Shown here: in pieces, positions 40,046 through 53,069 of the stretch | How the letters are laid out: every line of letters starts with the position of its first letter | Position numbering within the stretch: the first letter of the stretch is position 1 | Source: Octopus sinensis | Taxonomy: Eukaryota | DNA length: 64,000 nucleotides | Direction of reading: 5' to 3' | NCBI RefSeq assembly: GCF_006345805.1 | Contig: NC_042998.1 | Coordinates: 132,370,001-132,434,000, forward strand | Position numbers and translations under genes: made by a program | Notes under the pieces: generated by a model | What the model saw: only the letters and a program-made list of their open reading frames with translations | The model's database searches: none | What the model was told of the DNA's origin: nothing

Positions 40046-40590
40046 GAAGGCACGTGGTTTAGTGGTTAACCCATTAGCATTCAAATTATTCTGTCTGAAG
40101 TAATGTTTATTTATTCACACGTCTTTAATTAATCATGTATTTATCTTGCAGCTTTTGAGATTTTGATGAGGTAACTGTTAATTTTTAGAATGAGATTGTA
40201 GGGTTGGTGTGGGAAACCGGATCTAGCCAGTTTGAAAATAAAAGAGGTAAAATATTTTGGCCGGACATGTCCAGTTTAAATGCTAAGGGAGTTAAGGTAT
40301 TTGGCTCACAGTCAATCAGTCATGAGGTCATGAGTTTGGGCTTTGTGCCCTTAAGCAAAGCACTTCACTTCACATTGCTTCGCTCCATTCAGCTGGCAAG
40401 AGTTAGTTGTACTTGTAATTCAGGAGAGCCAACATTGTTGCGTTGTGTCCCGCTGGATCTCCCCAAGAACTATGTTATGGGTACACATGTCTGTAGAGGG
40501 CTCAGCCACTTGCACATTAATTTCACTAGCAGGCTGTTCCGTTGATTGGATCAACTGGAACACTCATAACCGACTGAAAGCCAGGCCAGT
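40046..40590 (+). mobile_element. tRNA-derived SINE (family D) interrupted by a MITE
   Basis: Head GGCACGTGGTTTAGTGG(TTAA) resumes as GGTATTTGGCTCACAG after the MITE. Confidence 0.6.
40070..40291. mobile_element. piggyBac-like MITE with TTAA target-site duplication
   Basis: TTAA|CCCATTAGCATT ... AATGCTAAGGGAG|TTAA. Other copies at ~22610-22815, ~51775-51970 and ~44690-44740. Confidence 0.8.
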
Positions 40591-43500
40591 GGTCAGTTGC
40601 AGTAGCTTCATCTTTTTGTCATTGAAAGTCAGAGTGACACAGTTTTTCTCTTCTATTTTTTTACCTAGTTAGTCACAAGAAAAGAAGTTTTGAGGTTAGG
40701 GTATTGGGCCGATGATCATAAGGTTGTGGATGGGCTTGATTTCTGAGCTGGGTGGCTTCTTGTGTGAAGCAATATGCCATGTGCATGCTACCTCCTTTCA
40801 CATTGCTCCACACTTGTTGGTAGCCTCTTGAATTGGATAAAGATAATTGGCTTATAGGGATCAGCTGTTTGAGCTGTGTGCAAGCCCACTATTTCCATCA
40901 AATTGACATTGCCTATATAAGTGCAAGGTATGTCACATGTCAAAGTGATTGCAGAGCAACATGAAATGAAACGTTTTGCTCAAGAACACAACACACCGCC
41001 TGGCCCTGGAATTGAAACCATAATCTTGTGCTTGTGAGTACAACGACATAACCTCTTGGCTACATGCCTGCACTACTCAGCTGGAAATGTACCAGCTGAC
41101 TGTTGGTGTAGTCCTTTCTTCCTCCAGCTGTCACATCTTGGATGTCCCAGTGGATGAGGACTAAAAGAGTCGAGAGAGTGCTTGTGTCTGCTCGCAATTG
41201 CATAGGCACCTAAAATATGGTTCAAACCACCAAGTTATATTTGCTTGCAGGTGGACACCAGGTGTGGGTGACTATCATAAATGTAGTACCAGATATTAAT
41301 GGCACCAGTATGGCATTAGTGAATTCCCAAACCTAGTATTTGGTTACATTATGATACCACTGCTATTGCTGCTACCATTACCAGTTACAGAATAATTTAC
41401 ATTTACTCAAGAAAGATGAGCAGCAGTCAAACCAAATGGGTTGTTTCAATTCTGCTACCACCACCATTGTGGTTGCTCAATTTGCTAGAAATAGTTGCCA
41501 GACTTGCCTCAAACCACACACACACTACTGCTTTGGGAAAAAGATACTTTTGATGTTGTAATCTACGCTCCTGTAAAAAGGAATTTAAAAAAAAAAAATC
41601 CCGAGCAACAAGATGTCCATTGCTTGAGCTCCTTTGATCAAAGGTTGACTGGATCAGGACTAAATAACTCCCTCACAACTTTTGCTGCCATGTTCTCCGG
41701 CTACACCACCATTTTAAATTAATTAGTTTGTTTGTTTGTTTATGAAGTTCAACCAGAGTGTTTATAGCTGATGAAAAGGAGGGTGTACTTTTTGTTTTTT
41801 TGTTGATATTGAATTTACTTCCAGAATGTGGAATATGAATACATCTAAGGCAACTCTGTGTGTATGTGTGTGTGATATATATATATAGCTTATGTATAAA
41901 AATGTGAATGTGTATTCATTGTGAGGAGAGGTGTTTATTTAGTAAATACATATGTCTGTGCCAAACAAGGTGTTTACTTTATACATATGTGAGTGTATGC
42001 GTGTGTGTGTGACTTTAAAGGCTTGTGAATATTAAGTGACTTGGACCATCCCATATTTAAAAAGTTTTTTGGTCTTATTTAAGTGTTACCATGAACTGGA
42101 ACATTCCATGTCAGTCAAACAACTGTTTGTTGTATGTGGGTAGTATGTTTAGTAGAGAATCTCAGCTAAGCTTTATAACTATCACTCAGTGTCAAGGAAC
42201 AGAGACAATACCTATCTCTCTCTATCACACACACACACACAAAGCTTCTTTCAGTTTCCATCTAACAAACGCTTGCCCAAAGTGTCACTCAGTGGGACTG
42301 AACCCAGATCCTTGTGGTTGGGAAGCAAACGTCTTACACACACACACACACACACTCACAAAGCAGATGAACCTAAATGAGAAGTAGTCAGGGCAAACTC
42401 ACTGAGTAACAGATGGAGAAGTTTCAGTTTTGCGTATCGAATCTTCCAATCTACTACACTAGCAGAGGACATGGTGATAATGATGATGGTACAGGCACAC
42501 ATGTACATTCTGACCATTTATTGCTCTGCTTTTCTATTGGAAAGCAGAGAGTTGTCATGGTTACCTCATTGAGCAGCTTGAGGTACCATGAAGAAGTTGT
42601 TTGTTTGGCTTGACTAGGAATTCTAGTCATGGCCATTCAGCCCTAAACTTGTGTTTTTTAATTGATTTATTTTATTTTCAGACATGTTCAATGATTAGGA
42701 GCTCAAACTACAAGGTCCTCACTTTATTTTAGAAATGTTTGAGAGTTTGTTGAAGATTTGGTTACCAAACTGAGCTCTGGTGAATGCTGACAAGTTCTCA
42801 AAATTTGTGAATAGAACAAATAGATCTTATGATCTAAGTGTTCTAACTATGATTTGTTTCATCTCCTCTTTAGACATAGTGAATCTAGAATCACATCAGC
42901 AATTTGATTCCAGCCATTATGGACTTCTTCAAATTTAGAGTGGAGTATAAGGAAACCTGCACCTGGTTTTAAGACCAAGTAGCAGATCAACAGGCAAGTA
43001 GATGGTGCTCCATACACTTTATCTTAGACTGGAATCACTTTACAGTGATCAGGGATAGACACTGATACAGCCAATGACTCCTCCTCCCTTCCACTTCGTG
43101 TATGTGTGTGTGTGAAGAGAAAGATACAGTTCCTCATGTTTTTTTAACTCTGTTGTATTGTATGTATGAGATCATGTAGAAGACACATTGGAACATTAAA
43201 TAAAACACTTTGCAGTATTTCTAACCTCTATGTTCTGGGTTCAAATCTTGCTAATAAAATAAGTACAAGTCAAGTACTAGGGTCTATATAAGCGCCTGTT
43301 CCTCTCCTCCAAATTGCTGGCCTTGTGCCTAAATTAGAAATTGCTGTTGTTGATAATCACCATCATCATCATCATTATTATTATTAGCTCCAACTTCATC
43401 TTCATCTCATAACTTCTCCAAGACAGGATATCATAATAGAGTAGGAAATGAAGCTTGAAGAGGTTGCTCTACTTATATTTCGAAATCTAGGTGAGTGGTG

Positions 43501-46500
43501 TTGGTTTGTTTGAAAAACCTTGAAGTACTTAGGCCTCATTACAAGATCAGATTTAATCTCTTAAGCTGTGGTTTGTCATAAAAGGGTTTGTCTTTTATTT
43601 TTTATTTTTTGTATGTGTTTGTAACTCGTTACTTATTTATTTTGACTGTGTATTTTCAGTTTCTCAGACTGTTTGGCAGAGAGAAAGAATACGGGAGGAA
43701 GCATGGGTGATAAAAGAAACAAGAGAGAGAGAGAAGGGTGTATGGGATTTGACTGTTGTCTTCAGTAGTGAGTTTGTGGACAGAAGCTGAGAGAGAGAGA
43801 GAGAAAGATGACAGGCAATTGGTGGAATTCAGTGATGTAGGTTGCATTTAGAACACGCAACAAAAATACCTTGCAGTATTTAGCTAAGTCTCTTTGTCCT
43901 GTGTAGAGTTCCTGTTAGGGTTGACTTTTGTCTTTCCTCCTTCTGGGGGTTATAATAGTCAAGTACTGGAGTTGATTTAACTAATTCTCAAATTTCTGTC
44001 CTTGTGTTCATACTAGAAATGATTATTATTTCATATATGTTTGTGTGTGTGTGTGTGATTAAAATGATTACCTCCCAACCATTTAGTTTCATGTTCACTC
44101 CCACTTCATGGTGCCTCAGATGGGTGTCTTTATTATCATCCTGAGCCAATCAAAGACTTGTGAAAGGATTTGGTAGGTGGATTGAAAGAAACCCATTTGT
44201 GTGTGTGTGTGTGTGTGTACAAGAGTGAGTGTATTTATGTTTGTGTCTCCTTGTCTTAACATTACATTCATTTCAATATTTTCCAAAAGCAAGTTCTGGC
44301 CGTGTGGAAATACTACCCCTTGTTTGGAAACAGGTTAGTGTTGGTGATAGGAAGGGCCTCCAGCTGTTGAAAATCTAACTCGATAAAATCCATCTGGGCC
44401 CATCATTACCAGTTTGGAAAAGTGGACATTAAAACAATATTGTTGATAAGGAGGAAGAGGTAACCAAAAGCATATGTACGGTTCAGAATCACATAATTTT
44501 AAGTTCAGTCCTACTTTGTTGTATCTTTGGCAGTTGTCTTCTATATTAGCATCACTTTGACAATTGTGAGGCTTGCTAGAAGGAAACTATACAGAAACCT
44601 GTTGTGTGTGTGTCTATAGGACTGTGGACTTGTGCCCCTATGTTTTTGTTTGGACACCTTAGATAGTACTGGTATTTGTTTATCTGGTTAGCATTTAAAA
44701 CGACCATATCCAGCCCAAATATTTTATGTTTTATGTTCAAAGTGACTACTTTACAATGCCATTTGAAAAATAGTCACATTATTGAAATCTCATGGCTATG
44801 GGATAATGCTTCTTTGATTCTGGAGAAGGTGAATAAATAGGCATTACATTTGGCAGTAATCTAAATACAAAAGGATTATGTCTTTCACAAGCACTGTATT
44901 CCACAGACTGGAAGGTCAATATGTAAAGGCAGGTATAACAAAGTACTTTGCTTGAATACAAGGGTTTGTATCAAGAAGAGTATCAGACTGTAGAATACTT
45001 CCTCAAGGAGGCTTGTCCAACCCATGTCATCATGGGAAAAGCATATACAAAAATGGTGGTAGTGGTTATGTTGACATTGAAGACAAAGAATTATGGCTGA
45101 GTCAAGTGGTTGAATTTGTAGAGTATTAAGCAAAAATTTCCAAGTGAGATCTAGTGTTGATAAAATAACCTCCAGTCAAGAACTGGAGTTGATTCAGTTT
45201 GACTAAATGACACTTTGTCTGAAATATGTGGCATTGTGTCTAATATAGATATGTTTTCAGTCATTTTATGTCTTTTTGAAAAACTCAGGTAAATGCTTCA
45301 TTCAGATGTAAAGTCAGTCAACCAGGAAAATACGCTTTTAATTCCTTGCGCTGAATTCACTCTTCAGTAGTAAACTATTACCATACTCTGCAGAACCTCC
45401 TCCATAACAGATAACTAAAATTCTTCATAGCAAACTGTTAGTGTGTGTGTGTGTGTGTATGGTGTAGCGCTTGTGCAATGCGTATGCAAGTGTGAATTTT
45501 TTTTTTTGTGTGTGTGTGTTTTGTCTGCTGTTTATCTGGTACTAATATTTTCAAAGAAAGGAATTCTTTAAACAGTGCGGGAGGAAGAGGAAAATGAAAG
45601 CCCCAGAGAAAAATGTTCAGATGTAAAATTTTCCAACTGGAAATAATATGAAAAGCCCAGTCAGTTGCACAGAAACACAACCTTCTTAAAATCCCAGGCT
45701 CTCTCTCTCTCTCTCTCTCAGAGAGAGAGAGAGACTGTCAGACAGACACAGAAGCATATTATTATTTCCAGTTTCAACTTGAGATTGCAACAGACCAAAT
45801 TTGATGTCATATAACTCTTTAAATTCTTTTAATCCTTTATTTTCAAACATTCCATGTGATAAGAAGCAGAAAGAAAGCATTATAATCATTATTTTTTTTT
45901 TTTTACTTTTATATCTTTATTTATACTTTCATATATAAACAAAGAAATAGTACCCAAACAAATAACTCCTTAACCTTCTCAACCTCCCATGATAAGCCTT
46001 TGTTTTTTGTTGTCTTTTTGTGAATCTAATAAAATTGCTTTTATCATTTACCTTTTTTTTTTTTTTTAGTTTGATAGTAATTTCTCTATTATATCCTTAG
46101 AATGCCATTGATATGTGAATGAATGCATAAAACCTTAGTACCATCAAATTCAGTTATGGTTGTTGTGGGAGTAAGGTAGGTACAATAAAGAAATAAATTT
46201 AACACTGTTGCACTACAAAAGACTTGGGTCATTGATGGTGTATGCTTATGCCACATTCCAAGGAATATGGTTAAAAAAAAAGAAAATTATAAATGGGGAA
46301 ATGTAACTGTGTCATCCTTCAATGCCTCTGCGAGTCTTTTGAAATCAGAATGTGAAGTTATTCTGAATGTAACTAAATAATGTAAAGCACTTTTTTGTTC
46401 ATTGCTCTGTGAATTCACAGCCTAGAAATAATAATTGGTTCTAGCAAAAGCACAAGGCCATAAATTTTGAAGGAATAGGTTAGTTGATTAACATTTTTGA

Positions 46501-48984
46501 TGTCAGCCTAGCAGAAATAACCTTCATTTCCATTATACAGGTTCTCCATTGAAAGTGATCAAAATTAAAACCCTCCATTTAAATTTCATGCTAATTAATT
46601 TACAATCCTAAGCACCATGTACATTACAAGTTATTTCAATAAATTCTTCATTATTTTCAAAATTAATTGAAACAAAGGCAGTATATTTCTCCTGAAATAA
46701 ACTAAACAAAAGGCTTAAGTTGACCCCAGTATGTGGTTAATATTTAGTTTTATCAGCCCTGGGAGGACAGAAGGCAGTTTCAACTCCCCAACAACACCTA
46801 AATATCAGACGTTATCTTACTCTTACTAACTCTCCCTACATTTTGTCCCTCTGTTTTCTCTCATCCACAGACACTTGCATAAAAACCATCCCTCTTTTCT
46901 TTAACCCGATGGCACTCAACCATTTTTTTGTCTATAGACCCAGTCCCCTTTGATTCCTATTTTACAAGGGTGTATCCTCACAACAAAATCTTATGTATAT
47001 GAACCCCAAGGGCCATAGAGACCCCATTTGAAAACCACTGCTTTAACCAATCTTTTGTCAACCATTTGCATGACATGTCCAAACCAGCGCAGTTGTCTCT
47101 CCTACATACATTGACTAATATATTTTTCACCCAACTTATTCTCTGTTCTTGCTTTGTTCTCTAATGAAAATTAAAATGGTACATCCAATGAATCATAATT
47201 CCACTCGTTAATGTTTTCAGTCCTACATGCCTTATTATGTCTCATTGTTGTGTAACATGTAACGTCTCATTTACAAACACTTGCCTTGTACAGGCCACAT
47301 GTTTTAGTTTCAATTTTTTTTTTTTTTTCTGTGGGTGTATGTCAAAGCTAATGTTTATTGCAGCCGAAATAAATCATAAGTCTACAACACTCGTTTTCAC
47401 CACTATTGTGTGACAATGACAAGAAAGAAAAAAAGCCCAAACAGAAAAAAAAAAAGAAGGAAAAAACCTATTGGACTAATATACTGCCTCTGTGCTGAGT
47501 GGAATTAAATGAGATAAATACATAATTAGCATGTGTATGAAGGGCAAGGGGGTAATATACTTATAAGTGTGGAAGAGGTGGGGAAATGTAATATTTTGCT
47601 GATTTGCTGATAAGAAATAATAGTTGATTCGTGCGTAAATGCACATATATAAATAGAACTGGAAACTCTTCCGTAACTCACACAGATGGACATATGTACA
47701 TACATGCATACATAATACAAACTCACTAATATATAAAATTTACAAACATGAATTCCTTTTCTTTTTGATATATTTATTAATTGTGCATGTATGCAGTTAG
47801 TCTTTGTGTTTATGAAACACACAAATACACGAAAAAGTCATGTGGGTTGGTTAGTCTCATCTGTCTTCATCATTTTAGTTTGTCAATGTCATATGTCTTG
47901 AAACAGACTAGTAAGATTCAGATGAGACAGATCAGTAAAACATGTTCCATTCTGGATTGCAATTGTTTGTTTCACCTTTAATGAGCATAGAGGAAAGGCA
48001 TGATTGCTGCTACTTTCTATTCTCTGACAGGTTATTTGTCTTGTCAGCACAAGCCAGATATTTTACCCAAGAGCCTACAGTTCATATGTTGTTGCAGGTT
48101 CTCAGAATCATCTAAGCAAATGAGATGGACCTCTGTTTCTTGTTTGGGAGACTAGAAACAAATCTGACAATCACCTAAGAACTAAAGTACTTGATTGTTG
48201 TTTAACCTCTGCAGATTTTGAACTTTGATGCATAACTAAAAACAGTGCATCTTACTTGATATTCTGACAACACCACCTTCTGGCTGTTTTTAATAAATAA
48301 CAAATATTGTATGAAATTTAAGGCTGCTCCTCCTTCTTCTTCTTGTTTTTCTTTCCTTTTTTTCTTTCTTCTTCTTACTACTACTACTAATAATAAATGC
48401 CCTGATGCAGTACCAGGCAGTGGCTCTGTGCCCTGATGTAGTACCAGGTAGCAGGTCTCATGGCTTCTGATCTTAACTGATTGGAAGTGTTATCATGTCT
48501 TGGTATAAAAGATGGGCTACAGCAAATATTCTGCTCAATGCCACAGATTTGCTTGTCAGTTGTTTGACCTCAACCAGTTGAGCATGTCCCTTAGTGGCTG
48601 ATGATATGTGCATATGTGGTTACGAGCAGAAGTAGTGGGGTGGGGGGCATCATAGCCATGTGCTGAGAGGAATTCTTTGGGGTTTGGATAATTCACCTTT
48701 AGAAACGGGTGTTTTGTTCAACATCCTTAAACAACCCTTATTCAAGGACCTTTTGAGCGGTATGGGCTACTCGACCTGAACAAAAATTTTAACTGGGCCC
48801 CACCTGCAAAGTCACGTGCTGTTTATCTTGATATGAGATCACCATGTTGTGCACATGTGGTTGTAATGCATGTGCCTGGTGTAACCTTATCAGATGGGTA
48901 ATTATGGTGGGTATTTTGGGTTTCGTATATTTTACCCCAGTGTCACTTTGATAGCTTGCACTGTTCTCCCACTCAATAATAATA

Positions 48985-49510
48985 ATAATATTTCAATTTT
49001 GACACAAGGCCAGTAATTTCGGAGGTGGGGTTTAATTTGATTACATTGACCCCAGTACTCAACTGGTACTTACTTTGTCAGTCCCCAAAAGATGACCTCA
49101 GTGGAATCTGAACTCAGCATTTTGCTCGGCATTGGGTAACGATTCTGCCAGCTCACCACCTTATCTACACTGCATAATGATGGTTTTAATTTTTGGTACA
49201 AGGCCAGCGATTTTAGGGGAGGGAGTGAGCTGATTACATGGAAACCCCCAATCCCCCAGTGTTTAACTGGTGGTTATCTTATCAGTCCCGAAAGTATGAA
49301 AGGCTAAGTCAACCTCCTCAAATGAATTTGAACCCGAAAGGAAAGTGAAGACAGACAAAATGTCACTAAGCATTTTGTCTGGCATGCCAACAATTCTGCC
49401 TAGGTGCCACCTTAATAATAATTGTTTCTAATTTAATCACAAGGTCAGCAGTTTTCAGAGTTGGAGTAGTCAGTATCGTCAGTCAAATTCAGTGTTTGAC
49501 TGGTAAAGAT
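48985..49510 (-). mobile_element. Chain of three SINE family B copies
   Basis: Repeated ACAAGG(C/T)CAG..ATTT...CCCCAGT..TCAACTGG units separated by AAT-rich spacers. Confidence 0.7.
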
Positions 49511-49590
49511 AAAAGGTCAGAAGACATAACACAAAAGCATTTTTCTGATGCACTACCAATTCAATTAATCTTCTTCTTCTTATTCTTCGC

Positions 49591-49638
<48 letters not shown>

Positions 49639-51554
49639 TACTACTACTACTAATAATAATAATAATAATAATATAATAATAGACAGTGATGCAGATACTA
49701 CCGAGGCATGATATGCACCTAGTGGTGCAGTTGCAGATTGCTTGAAACTTTTGAAAATAATATTATTGGTGATGGCTTCTTTATTGCTACAAAGAGGAAA
49801 CATAATATAAATAAAATATGTAAAAAATCTGGTCACTATATCTAATTATCTATCTATCTATCTATCTATCTCTACATTTATCTGTATCTATCTATCTAGT
49901 TATCTATCTATTGATCTATCTATCTACATATATCTATAGCTGTATACTTATATCTATCCATCCATCCACACACACAGAAAGTGTCCTTTCTGTTTATTCT
50001 GGATTACTCTAGCTATGAAACACTGCCAAGTGTGGACTTTGGCTCCCTCAGCGTGTCCAAGGTGAGAAACTTCAAAAGAAAGGTATTTTAAAAAAAAAAC
50101 AAAAAACAAAAAAAAAAACAATGATCTATTTATCTATATCATTGTGTGGGGGACAAGCAGAAGCTGGTATAAAAAACACAAAAGCAAAAGTACAAAAATC
50201 TTCCAAACACAACACACAAAGTAACAAGAAATAAAAAAGAACACACCAAAAAATCATTATACAAAAAAAAAAAATGCAAAAATACTAGACTGCCTGTTGG
50301 GCAAGCAGATAGGTCTACTTATATAGCTTACTAATTGAATCAATATACGTTCTGTGCCCATCATCTCCTTAGCACATGACCCAGTTTTAATTGCTGCTGT
50401 AGAGTTGTTTTTTGTTTTTTTTGTCATTTTTTTTTTTTTTTGAGGGGAGAAGCTGTTTTGTTGGTGTTGTTGCTGTCTTTTTTTTTTATTTGTGTGTGTG
50501 TGTGTGTGTTCTTTTTATAATATTTTTCTTTACCTCAAGTGTACCACAACAGCTAAGCCATGCTGCTGCTGTAGTGTGCTTATTTGCTGAGCGCAGCATT
50601 ACACAATTTCTTTTGTGTATGACTGCGTGCGTATGTGTGTGCATGTGTGTGTGTATAGAATGTGTTTGTGTGTGTGTGTCGATGTGTTTCTCTTTGCCAG
50701 CCAGCTATTCATGTTATTAAAAAGCTGTCATTTTGTACCTATACTGATCTCGCCTGCAATGCTCGCCGCCACGCTTGCATACTTAATTTGCTTTACCTTT
50801 GCATCTATGTGTTAAAAAATAAATAAATAAAACAAAAAATATAAAAAAAGATAGTCTTTGTGTGGTTTTTGAGTGGATCTAAGGATAGAGGGAGAGGGAG
50901 AGTATTTAGGAGTACGTGTACTTTATATGTATTTGCATTCATGTGTATGGCCACAAATACACACACACGAGAGGGTTTTTTTTTCCCATCCCCAATGTTT
51001 TAATTTCTCTGCATCTATGTATGTGTGTTTTATGTACTTTTTATACGTCTGTCTATGTATGTATACATACATACATTTATATTCACACATGTACCTGTGT
51101 GTGTGTGTGTGTGTGTGTTAAAACTGTGTTGGTATGAAAACAGAGATATTTGTGTGTATACATAAAGGGCAGGTGTATTTATGTGTCTGGAAGGTGTGCA
51201 TGCATGCGTGCATGTGTGTGTATTTCTTGCATGTATGCAGCTCCATCCTCACTGAAACTTTCCTCAAACTGGTAATGGTTTAATGGAAAAGCAAAAAACA
51301 GAAACAAGAGAGAGAGAGAGAAAGCAAAAAGTCAAATTGTATATAAAACAGATGAATAATGTATAAATGCAACTGGAACACACTTCGACATACACTCATT
51401 GCTTTTTCTGCTTTACTTATGCACACCCACACACTCTCCTATTGTAATTGTTCTCTTTCTCTCTTTCTTCTGTGATTTTTTTTTTTTTTTTGCCATATCA
51501 AATTTCTCTCTTCTCACCTCTTTTTTTTTTCTTTCATCTCTTACCTGCTGATAG

Positions 51555-51557
51555 CAT
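51555..51557 (+). CDS. Candidate 3-nt microexon (CAT)
   Basis: No AG between 51352 and 51552. T/C-rich tract, TGC at 51546-51548, acceptor AG at 51553-51554, donor GTAAGA at 51558. Confidence 0.5.
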
Positions 51558-52345
51558 GTAAGAACTGAACACATTTACTATCATGTATGTATGCATTCAT
51601 ATATATGTATACACATGCACACACACGTGTGTGTGTGCAGTGGTTTGCATTAAGAAGGGTAGGCAGCTGTCGAAATACCAAAGCCAAGACATTAGAAGAA
51701 GATATGGCCCTTCTGCCTTACTGGGTTCTATCAAACTGTCCAACTCATTACTCCAGTATAAACGGCAACTATTAACTCGTTAGCATTCAAATTATCCTTG
51801 TCAAATGTAATGCTTACTTATTCACATCGCTTTGAATTAATCATGCATTATCTTGTGGCTTTGAGATTTCAATGTGATTGACTGTTTCTAGGACAACATT
51901 GTAGGTTAGGTGTGAGGAGCCAGATCCGGTCAGTTTCAACATAAAATAGGTAGGAAATTTTAGCTGATTTGATTACTAAAAGGTTATGATGGTTATGATG
52001 ACAATGATGATATATACATATATGGGTTTGTATCCATGTGTTATATATATATATATATATATATATCTACATACATAAATCAAAATCACAATCAAATCGA
52101 AATCAATGCCATTGCCGCCTGGCTCCTGTGCTGGTGGCATGTAAAACGCACCCACTACACTTTCGGAGTGGTTGGCGTTAGGAAGGGCATCCGGCTGTAG
52201 AAACTTTGCCAGATCAGATTTGAACCTGGTGCAGCCTCCTGGCTTGCCAGTCCCCAGTCAAACTGTCCAACCCATGCCAGTCCCCAATGAAACAGCTCAA
52301 CCCATTCCAGCATGGCAGCATGGAAAATGGACGTTAAATGATAAT

Positions 52346-52403
<58 letters not shown>

Positions 52404-53069
52404 CCTTTCAAACATGCCATGTAATACTCTCTCTCATACACACACACACACCACACACACACACACAGAGCTTTACCTATATATACATATTGTAGCATCC
52501 TTTGCATTCACAACTACAGTATATATATTCTTGTCAAACACATCTTGAGACAGCTACACATAAACACATCATAGTTTTGTCATATACGTGCGCATAATTT
52601 CACTATTTGTTTAGGACAAACTATAAATTTGCTGATTTTGGTATTTTGTATCTATTATTATTTGTTGTTTTATGACTCACTTTTTACATTTTTTTTTTAT
52701 TACTTGTTGTTTATTATAAATTTTACTAATGGAGACTGAGTTGGCTTCTGTCCCACACAGATGAGGTGGATGTCTTTTAATATCGGTCTACTCCAATTGG
52801 TTTGACCTAGATTTATTATCATTCCTGTTGGTTTTCTTGTGTTGCTATTTACTGTAATTTTTGTTCCCATTAGGTTTAAAAAAAAAAAAAATGTTTTTCC
52901 TCGTCCCTTCCCACCACTCCATTCATGAGGTCGATCATCGCCTTTTTGTTTGTTTGCTTTTTTTTTTTAATGGAAGTTGAGTGAAACTGTTGCAAGGAGG
53001 TTTGCTGATGCACATCGTCATGCGTATTTACTAACAAAAATCAATCTGAGAGAAGGAAGGAAGGATGAT

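Noticed and set aside
43470-43500. AG|GTGAGT recursive-splice-like site; similar at ~45289
   Set aside because: The pyrimidine tracts are poor, and such motifs are expected by chance in 64 kb.
50701-50712. Possible 12-nt microexon (TTTGCCAG|CCAGCTATTCAT|GTTATT)
   Set aside because: Weak donor and an AG-free zone of only ~40 nt.
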